Assembly (NCBI GenBank): GCA_030765505.1
Contig: JAVCCL010000008.1
Span: 1-59,676 of the forward strand
DNA length: 59,676 nt
Origin: Candidatus Kaelpia imicola
GTDB lineage: Bacteria; Omnitrophota; Gorgyraeia; Kaelpiales; Kaelpiaceae
Reading direction: 5' to 3'
The first letter of the stretch is position 1, and each line of letters opens with the position of its first letter. The position numbers were made by a program, and so were the translations under genes. The notes beneath the pieces are model-generated. The model saw only the letters and a program-made list of their open reading frames with translations, was not told where the DNA came from and did not search any database. This document shows positions 48,436 through 54,931 of the stretch, piece by piece.

Positions 48436-48825
48436 TTACCATGTTTCTCCAGTTTGTAGAAAATTCTCGTATAAAATGAGCCATTGAATAACCCAGCCAA
48501 TTACTGTACAAATCGTATCATCATGATTGAAATCATTATGCTCAAGGCATAGCTCCTGGTCTTCCCCATAAAGATGAGGCACATCTGAGCAAAAATCAAT
48601 ATGCGGTACGTATACTTTTATTCTGTTTCCATTAGGATAGCCATAGGGATAAGCCGCAACAACATAATAAGATTTTCTTAATTTGTCGCTTGGGCCAATA
48701 TATCCAGCCACAAATGCAGTATCATCCTCAAGTAAACCAAACTTCATTTGCGGAAAATCAATAGCCAGAAGCTCCATCTCAGATTGAAGCCTTTGCCTGC
48801 CTCTATTTGTGTCATACCATTGCAT
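48436..48825 (-). CDS. E2/UBC-like protein (prokaryotic E2 family)
   Basis: 129 aa with YPYGYPNGNRIKVYVPHIDFCSDVPHLYGEDQELCLEH. This mirrors the UBC core (YP..pP.v.F....HPN...G.iCL). The candidate catalytic Cys codon is at 48547-48549. Confidence 0.7.
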   Translation of the reverse strand: MQWYDTNRGRQRLQSEMELLAIDFPQMKFGLLEDDTAFVAGYIGPSDKLRKSYYVVAAYPYGYPNGNRIKVYVPHIDFCSDVPHLYGEDQELCLEHNDFNHDDTICTVIGWVIQWLILYENFLQTGETW

Positions 48826-48853
48826 CCTTATCTCTCCTTTAATTTATAATGAT

Positions 48854-48883
48854 AAAAGTAAGGCAGGGGCTGTCCTTACTTTT
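48854..48883. terminator. Stem-loop between the small ORF and the E2 gene (possible attenuator or terminator)
   Basis: AAAAGTAAGG (48854-48863) pairs with CCTTACTTTT (48874-48883) around a 10-nt loop. The T-rich run is strongest on the + strand (TTTTATTTTTT). On the - strand it is followed by UUUUAUCAUU. Confidence 0.35.
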
Positions 48884-48895
48884 ATTTTTTATAAT

Positions 48896-49036
48896 TTACC
48901 TACATCCCCACTCATGTTGCTTGATAGGAGCGCCGGAATTTTTGTTGTCTTCTGTCTTCGGCTTAACCGTGCTACCAGCCGCTACCATAGGAACCCCTTT
49001 CTTAATCGCCTCTTTTATCTGTTCTCTTCTGTCCAA
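48896..49036 (-). CDS. Candidate 46-codon small ORF upstream of the E2 gene
   Basis: AGGAGG (49050-49045) lies 8 nt before TTG 49036-49034. It translates to (M)DRREQIKEAIKKGVPMVAAGSTVKPKTEDNKNSGAPIKQHEWGCR. The SD directly follows the stop of the relaxase-like gene. An alternative ATG start is at codon 17. Confidence 0.3.
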   Translation of the reverse strand: MDRREQIKEAIKKGVPMVAAGSTVKPKTEDNKNSGAPIKQHEWGCR

Positions 49037-49052
49037 TGTTATCACCTCCTCA

Positions 49053-49871
49053 TTATAGATTTGCACCCTTCACTATGGCTTGCAATTCTGCTCTCTGGGG
49101 TACATGCCAGATGTTTGAGAGAATATTCTCAGGTATTATTTTTTCTGAGGTAAGCCATAGCATAGCCCCTGCATTTTTATTCAAATCTAATATATTTTTC
49201 AATCTGGTTGCAGATGGTAAAATAAAAAGAACTCTAAAGCCCTTAAATGGAAAGTTAAAAACTTCTCTAAAATGGATAAATTTCTGATTAACTAAATATT
49301 CGCTATAAGCTGAAATCTTTGTAATAATATCTTTATTCCCAGAACTCCTCTGAATAACCTGCGTGCCCATATCCTGCTCGCCAAAGAGCAAACTCTTGCC
49401 TTTTTTATTTCTAAGCACAATCATAAAATCAGGGATTATGTCTGAGGATATTGCCGGCAAATTTTCTTTTAAATCAGTTGCTTTATGCGCAACAGAGAAA
49501 CTTTCTACAGAGTAATCTTTGGTTTTGTCGCAGGCAGAACTGAAACATAAAATACAGGTGTTTACTTGTAAGTCATGCTCAACAATAAGATTCGTAGATA
49601 GCTTGAAAAAGCTAGGCTTAAAGCCTAAAAAGCGTCTGATTGCGTTTTCCCTCTGCTTATTTAAATAAAAAACTTGCTCTAATCTTCCTTGTGCATAGGG
49701 ACTTGGCTTATCAAAAGACAAGAGATAATTATTCTTCTTTAGAATATTCAATCTCCTTCTGGCTACCTTTATGCTGTCGTTAAATATAAAGAAAGAAACC
49801 ATGCTTGTTGATAAAAAGCTTAGCTTTTCAAGCCAGTAAAATAACTGAATATCGCGTGGAGTAATCCTCAT
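49053..49871 (-). CDS. Replication-relaxation (Replic_Relax) family protein
   Basis: 272 aa with ITPRDIQLFYWLEKLSFLSTSMV...ARRRLNILKKNNYL (wHTH). It also has EHDLQVN, IIPDFMIV and LFGEQDMGT, the nuclease-like core typical of the family. Confidence 0.72.
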   Translation of the reverse strand: MRITPRDIQLFYWLEKLSFLSTSMVSFFIFNDSIKVARRRLNILKKNNYLLSFDKPSPYAQGRLEQVFYLNKQRENAIRRFLGFKPSFFKLSTNLIVEHDLQVNTCILCFSSACDKTKDYSVESFSVAHKATDLKENLPAISSDIIPDFMIVLRNKKGKSLLFGEQDMGTQVIQRSSGNKDIITKISAYSEYLVNQKFIHFREVFNFPFKGFRVLFILPSATRLKNILDLNKNAGAMLWLTSEKIIPENILSNIWHVPQRAELQAIVKGANL

Positions 49872-49883
49872 CGCTACTCTCCT

Positions 49884-50081
49884 TTAATGGTTTTTCTTGT
49901 AATAGATTATTAGCCCCAGAGCAACCAATGTTGCCAGAGGGTTTGCCCTGAAGAAATTTACGGCGTCCCCGACATAATTCCAGAGCTTGTAATTAAAATT
50001 TGAAAAATGAGGTAACATTGTTTTGCCCAAAAACAATACTATTGCCAATATAATCAACTGTTTCATCTTCTCCTTTTGCAT
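49884..50081 (-). CDS. Small two-TM membrane protein
   Basis: 65 aa with two hydrophobic helices and a GGAGG-type SD. Confidence 0.5.
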   Translation of the reverse strand: MQKEKMKQLIILAIVLFLGKTMLPHFSNFNYKLWNYVGDAVNFFRANPLATLVALGLIIYYKKNH

Positions 50082-50095
50082 AATTGCCTCCTCTT

Positions 50096-50281
50096 TTAAA
50101 AATTGCTTTTAATTAGACAAACAATAAAATGGGTCAACAATGCACTGGTGAAAGGAACGAAAAATAAAGCATTCCCCTTCTTGTAGTAAATATCTCCGAG
50201 GAGCTGACCGATGTATGGCACATTGCCTCTCAACAAATAGATAGCTACATAAATCACGAAAGCGTAAAGTAAATGGCTCAT
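50096..50281 (-). CDS. Small two-TM membrane protein
   Basis: 61 aa with two hydrophobic helices and an AAAGGAGGA SD. Confidence 0.5.
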   Translation of the reverse strand: MSHLLYAFVIYVAIYLLRGNVPYIGQLLGDIYYKKGNALFFVPFTSALLTHFIVCLIKSNF

Positions 50282-50339
50282 GGTATCCTCCTTTAACTAT
50301 TTCACTACCCTCATTGGTAGTGGACTTTTTTGGCGTGTT

Positions 50340-50750
50340 TTACAACTCCCCTTTTCCATATTTTTCTAATTTCTTGAAAATCCTTTTCAGCAGGAAATCG
50401 ACTCTCTGCTGAGATACTCCTAATTTTGTAGCTATCTCTCTCTGTTTGCATTTTGCCCTATAAAGCTGAACAACCTCTTTTTCTCTGTCGTTTAAGGTAC
50501 TTATTGCCTCTTTCAATGCAATCATAGAAGCCAGTTCGTCTTTTATCCCTGCGCTGAAACCCTTAATAGTATTGAGAATGCCTATCTGGAATGAATTAAG
50601 AGGCTCGCTGGAATCACATATCTTGTCATAGTCTACCGTGTAGGTCTTTTTCTTTACCCCTGCGGTCTTGTGACGACCCGTGATTTCTTTCTTAACATCT
50701 TGGCAGATTGTTCTACAGATACTTTTTTTCGGACATATTGAACAGGTCAT
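50340..50750 (-). CDS. Sigma-70 region-4-like HTH regulator with Cys-rich N-terminus
   Basis: 136 aa. The C-terminal LNDREKEVVQLYRAKCKQREIATKLGVSQQRVDFLLKRIFKKL is a region-4/LuxR-type HTH. The N-terminus reads CSICPKKSICRTIC. Confidence 0.7.
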   Translation of the reverse strand: MTCSICPKKSICRTICQDVKKEITGRHKTAGVKKKTYTVDYDKICDSSEPLNSFQIGILNTIKGFSAGIKDELASMIALKEAISTLNDREKEVVQLYRAKCKQREIATKLGVSQQRVDFLLKRIFKKLEKYGKGEL

Positions 50751-50772
50751 CTTAGCCCCCTTTTCGAGGACT

Positions 50773-50808
50773 AAAAAAAGCCATTACTTTTAGTCCTCAA
50801 GTAATGGC
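50773..50808 (-). terminator. Rho-independent terminator upstream of the sigma-like gene
   Basis: The minus-sense RNA reads GCCAUUACUU-gaggacuaa-AAGUAAUGGC followed by UUUUUUU. That is a 10-bp stem (50808-50799 / 50789-50780) and a U-tract (50779-50773). Confidence 0.6.
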
Positions 50809-50839
50809 CTCTGACCTGCCTGGTCCTATGCCTTATTGG

Positions 50840-51034
50840 TTAATCTTTATCGTTCATTGATTTTAAAATAAGTAGCATCACCTCCTTTGGAAGTGCATGA
50901 AAATTCTTGCACCGCTTGCAAAAAAGATAAAGGGTATCTCCTTGGATTTTAGCAAGGAAATGACCGTGCCGGTCTTTAATCCGGATACAGTCTTTTTCCT
51001 TGTCATCTTTTTTGTATTTGCAGTAGTTGTTCAT
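50840..51034 (-). CDS. Small zinc-ribbon-like protein
   Basis: 64 aa with Cys pairs C5...C16 and CKRC. It loosely resembles Com-like phage zinc fingers. Confidence 0.45.
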   Translation of the reverse strand: MNNYCKYKKDDKEKDCIRIKDRHGHFLAKIQGDTLYLFCKRCKNFHALPKEVMLLILKSMNDKD

Positions 51035-51354
51035 GGTTTTCCTCTAAAAACGCCTAGAATTCGCAATTGCTATCCAGAAAAGCCAATCAGGATATAGTAT
51101 CGGCGCTTCACATTTGCCTTGATGGAGGTTATCCTTTCCACGCTTCCCTTTAAACAAATCTCTTATTTTTTTAATCACGTTTTTCATGACACATCTCCCT
51201 GTTCTACTAAAAGTATACCCTACTATATTTTGTTTGTAAAACCTTGCAAGTAAAGTAGTTACGCATACTTTCTTGTATAGTTTTTTGTATACTTTTATGC
51301 ATAGCAAAATTAGTGGTAATTAGTGCGTTTCAAGGGGAAAATGAGCTAAAAGGG

Positions 51355-52047
51355 TTAAAAAGAAGTGTTTTTTGCAAGAATTTCTGTATTTTTACTAAAT
51401 GTGAGTTGCATTACATCATTTACCACTTTTTTAAAACTAGAGTAATCTTTCCACATGTCAGATTTATAGGGCAATTTTCCTTTTGTTTTTCTGTTCAAAT
51501 GATATTCCACAGAACGTTGCTGCTCGCCAGACCCCACTGTTTTCACGATAGGCTGTAGGAAATTCCAAATGTGTTCTCCGATTGCTTTTGTCTCAGCCCT
51601 GACTATGATATTGGGGTCCCTGCAAAGATTGCGACAGAGTATCTCTTCATACGATATTGACCAGCCTTTCCTTTTTATATGAATTTCTTCTTCGCTATAA
51701 GAATCAAAGCTCTCTATTATACTTCTCAACCCTATTACGTTCTCCTCCCTCATTTTTGGGTTATTAGGGTCTTTTGGGCAAAGATGATCAAGACTGGCAA
51801 GTTTATTGATATATTTGATATAAAGAAAGTCATCATCTGTGTTTTGATTAGGATGATTTCCATGCTCGCGGTAATAATTGAATCCAAGATCGAACACCAA
51901 AGAATTTTTGCGAGGAAATTTTACAGTAGCTCTGGAAAGGTTAATTCCTTTCTTTTTTAATTCTGCTTCTAGTGTCCTCTCAAGTGGTGGCAGGTCATAT
52001 TTGACAGCAAATATAGAGTCCTTGAAATATGCAAATGATTCGGCCAT
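51355..52047 (-). CDS. Hypothetical protein, divergent from the STAND-like gene
   Basis: A 230-aa ORF. I recognise no motif. Confidence 0.55.
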   Translation of the reverse strand: MAESFAYFKDSIFAVKYDLPPLERTLEAELKKKGINLSRATVKFPRKNSLVFDLGFNYYREHGNHPNQNTDDDFLYIKYINKLASLDHLCPKDPNNPKMREENVIGLRSIIESFDSYSEEEIHIKRKGWSISYEEILCRNLCRDPNIIVRAETKAIGEHIWNFLQPIVKTVGSGEQQRSVEYHLNRKTKGKLPYKSDMWKDYSSFKKVVNDVMQLTFSKNTEILAKNTSF

Positions 52048-52169
52048 ATTATTCAGTATTGTTATAAGCGAGTATATAAGTTTTACTATTTTTAAGTTAC
52101 AAAAACTACCTATCGCGATATACTATTGAAATATGCAACAGTAAACAGGCATGATGTAGGTTCTCCTAA

Positions 52170-54923
52170 TTGGATGATACTATGGCAAATACTGGAAAAT
52201 TTAGACCTAAAATAATAAATAAGTGCATGACTAGGCAGGAATATGAACAATTGCAAAAAATAGGAAAGCGCATCCGTTCGCATCCAACAGCTCCGCTTAC
52301 TCAACAAAATCTCTATTTTACTATGTTAGATACTGAATATAAAGACGCAAGAAAAGAAGGAAAAGGACAAAGGCAAATTCCCCATAAAACAAATTGGGTT
52401 TTTGACAAAATGAATAAACAGGCAAAAAAAGAAGGAAAAGAAGCTTACAAAGGCGGGCATGAAGCTCTGGGCATACTCAGACATCGAACAAACCATGAAC
52501 TGCTGTATTTAGATAGAGAATATCCAAAAAATATTTATATAGGTAATACGTGCGGAGATTTCGTTTTCCTCACAGACCCAGAAGATATACAAAAGGCATG
52601 GGAAATAGATAGCTTCCCTAATGATAAATATGTTAAAGGAAAAAGAGGGAAAGCTAGAATTGAAGTTAACCCACTGTTAGAAACAGAGATTGAAAAACCA
52701 ACCATCCTTACACAAAACAATAGTGAATATATACGGTTTTTCAAAAAAACAGAAGACCTTGATTATAAATGCTTAACAGATTTCCCTGAGGGGTTTGGAA
52801 TACAAGAACCCTCTAATGGTTTCTTTAAAGACCTATATTCTGTTCCTATTAAGGAACAGGATGACCTTAAAAATTTTATCAAAAAAAATAAGAATGTTTT
52901 AATAACAGGCAAGTCAAAAGTCGGCAAAACAAGATTAGTCTTTGACGTATTAAGAAAACTAAAAAATTGTTACGTTCTCGCATTAAAGTCTTCGACATTT
53001 AGGAATGTTGATACCCTTAAAATCTCTGATTATTTCAACCAAAAAAGGAAAAAGTTGATTTGGTTTATTGATAATATAGATTATTACCCATGCATTCCGC
53101 TGCAAGACCCAATATGGGATATTTATGAAAAGCTATACAATATAAATAAAAATACAATAATCATTGCCACGCTTCGGTCTGATGAAACAAAGCCCAAATC
53201 TCGACTTTTGGAACATAGCCGTATCGAACCTTTAGAATTCAGAAATGAAATAGAAAATACTGAAGCAGATGATTTTATGAATCACTATTACAACGGTAAG
53301 CAACTTCCACTTCATTATGATAAGACATTTTGGTCTATCATGTTTGACATAGAATATATGAAAGATATTTACAACAACAGTAGCAAGGTTGATGAGAACA
53401 GTAGAAGTATTATGAAAAGCTTAAAGCTTTTACAAATAATTTTACCAATTGTTAAATACACACTTCTAAAATTAACATTTGAAAATATATATTATGCATT
53501 TCAAGGAACAACTGTTTTTGACGATGGTATAAGAAAATTAGAAAAACTAAATTTTCTGAAGATAGATAAAACAAAAAATGCTGTTTCCTCTCAAGAACCT
53601 TATCTTAAAGAAATTGTCTACTATCCAGACATGGATTTGGATATGAAAAATTTGATTAAAATTTTGACAAAGCATAAAAAGTTTGTCGAATTATTGTGTT
53701 TAGGCACTTATTATTATTCTAACAAGAATTTCAATGAGTGTAGTAAGTGCAATCAACTTGTTGCTAATAGTTCTTCTTCAAATGAATCAAAATCTGTTGC
53801 ATATTGCAACTGGGGTGTTATTCTTTCCGAAATAGCTGAGTTACAGGACAGTAAGGAAGAGCAAAAAAAATATTACGATAAGGCATGCAAGAAATACGAA
53901 AAAGCTATTGATTATAAAAAGGATAACGCAAAAGCATATTCCAGCTGGGGTAATGCTCTTTCTCAAATAGCTGAATTACAGGACAGTAAGGAAGAGCAAA
54001 TGAAGTACTATAATGACGCATCTAATAAATACGAAAAATCTATTGAGTATAAAAAAGATTGTGCAGAAACATATTGCAACTGGGGTGCTATATTTTTCAA
54101 AATAGCTAAACTACAGGACAGTAAGAAAGAACAAAAGGAATATTACGATAAGGCATGCAAGAAATACGAAAAAGCTATTGACTGCGAAAAAGATAACGCA
54201 AGAGCATATTACAACTGGGGTTTTACTCTTTCCGAAATAGCTGAATTACAGGACAGCAAGGAAGAGCAAATGAAGTACTATAATGACGCATCTAATAAAT
54301 ACGAAAAATCTATTGAGCATAAAAAAGATTGTGCAGAAACATATTGCAACTGGGGTGTTACTCTTTCCGAAATAGCTGAATTACAGGACAGCAAGGAAAA
54401 GCAAATGGAGTACTACAATAACGCATGTAAGAAATATAAAAAAGCTATTAAGTATAAAAAGGATTATGCAGAAGCATATTCCAACTGGGGTGCTACAGTT
54501 TTCAAAATAGCTGAATTACAGAACAGCAAGGAAGAACAAGAAAAACGGTATAGAACAATATGTGCTTTATTATCTGAAGCCTATATATTGTTCGTGCTAC
54601 AAAACAAAAGAAATTTAACTTATACTCCTATTTACATAATTAAAAATATTAGCAAAAAAATCAAAAATCCAATTCATATAGCAATAATATCAATTTTCGA
54701 GCTAGGTCTAAAAGTAAGTTCAAAAAATAAAAAAAGTTTCTCAAACAAAGAGTTAGATTTTTTGCAAGAAATCAAAGGAATATCAAGTGCGAGTGACATC
54801 GTTATTGATGCCATCTTAGAAAATAAAAAACCTGATGTTGCTGAAATTCCTAATGATAGCCGTCTTTTGAGAACCGCTGTTTATATAGCAAATAAAATTA
54901 TTGCTATAAAAAATAATAAATAA
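52170..54923 (+). CDS. STAND-like P-loop NTPase with unknown N-terminal domain and C-terminal TPR-like repeats
   Basis: 917 aa with Walker A ITGKSKVGKT (52908-52931), Walker B-like KLIWFIDNID, and six 45-aa helical repeats of the form aY.NWG..L.eIAeLQDSKEEQ.kYY. The start codon is uncertain (TTG 52170 or ATG 52182). Confidence 0.8.
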   Translation: MDDTMANTGKFRPKIINKCMTRQEYEQLQKIGKRIRSHPTAPLTQQNLYFTMLDTEYKDARKEGKGQRQIPHKTNWVFDKMNKQAKKEGKEAYKGGHEALGILRHRTNHELLYLDREYPKNIYIGNTCGDFVFLTDPEDIQKAWEIDSFPNDKYVKGKRGKARIEVNPLLETEIEKPTILTQNNSEYIRFFKKTEDLDYKCLTDFPEGFGIQEPSNGFFKDLYSVPIKEQDDLKNFIKKNKNVLITGKSKVGKTRLVFDVLRKLKNCYVLALKSSTFRNVDTLKISDYFNQKRKKLIWFIDNIDYYPCIPLQDPIWDIYEKLYNINKNTIIIATLRSDETKPKSRLLEHSRIEPLEFRNEIENTEADDFMNHYYNGKQLPLHYDKTFWSIMFDIEYMKDIYNNSSKVDENSRSIMKSLKLLQIILPIVKYTLLKLTFENIYYAFQGTTVFDDGIRKLEKLNFLKIDKTKNAVSSQEPYLKEIVYYPDMDLDMKNLIKILTKHKKFVELLCLGTYYYSNKNFNECSKCNQLVANSSSSNESKSVAYCNWGVILSEIAELQDSKEEQKKYYDKACKKYEKAIDYKKDNAKAYSSWGNALSQIAELQDSKEEQMKYYNDASNKYEKSIEYKKDCAETYCNWGAIFFKIAKLQDSKKEQKEYYDKACKKYEKAIDCEKDNARAYYNWGFTLSEIAELQDSKEEQMKYYNDASNKYEKSIEHKKDCAETYCNWGVTLSEIAELQDSKEKQMEYYNNACKKYKKAIKYKKDYAEAYSNWGATVFKIAELQNSKEEQEKRYRTICALLSEAYILFVLQNKRNLTYTPIYIIKNISKKIKNPIHIAIISIFELGLKVSSKNKKSFSNKELDFLQEIKGISSASDIVIDAILENKKPDVAEIPNDSRLLRTAVYIANKIIAIKNNK
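53799..54545 (+). repeat. In-frame tandem repeat, 135-nt unit with 270-nt higher-order period (6 units)
   Basis: Units start at 53799, 53934, 54069, 54204, 54339 and 54474. Units 2 and 4 share about 100 nt with only two substitutions by my reading. Confidence 0.85.
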
Positions 54924-54931
54924 TAACCTAC

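Noticed and set aside
48809-49287. Plus-strand ORFs 48809-49153, 48849-49058 and 49036-49287.
   Set aside because: They are antisense to the E2 start, the small ORF and the Replic_Relax gene. They have no SD and hydrophobic low-complexity translations.
51044-51307. An 87-aa minus-strand ORF, with an internal 47-aa version starting at 51187 behind a GGGAGA SD.
   Set aside because: It has no motif, an odd composition and an uncertain start. The region may instead be a promoter or leader for downstream genes.
52110-52307. A 65-aa minus-strand ORF across the start of the STAND-like gene.
   Set aside because: It overlaps the divergent promoter region and the 5' end of a much better supported gene.
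53799-54545. A regularly spaced repeat array that could superficially suggest CRISPR.
   Set aside because: The units are contiguous with no unique spacers. The period is 135 nt, in frame with a 917-aa ORF, and it encodes helical TPR-like repeats.
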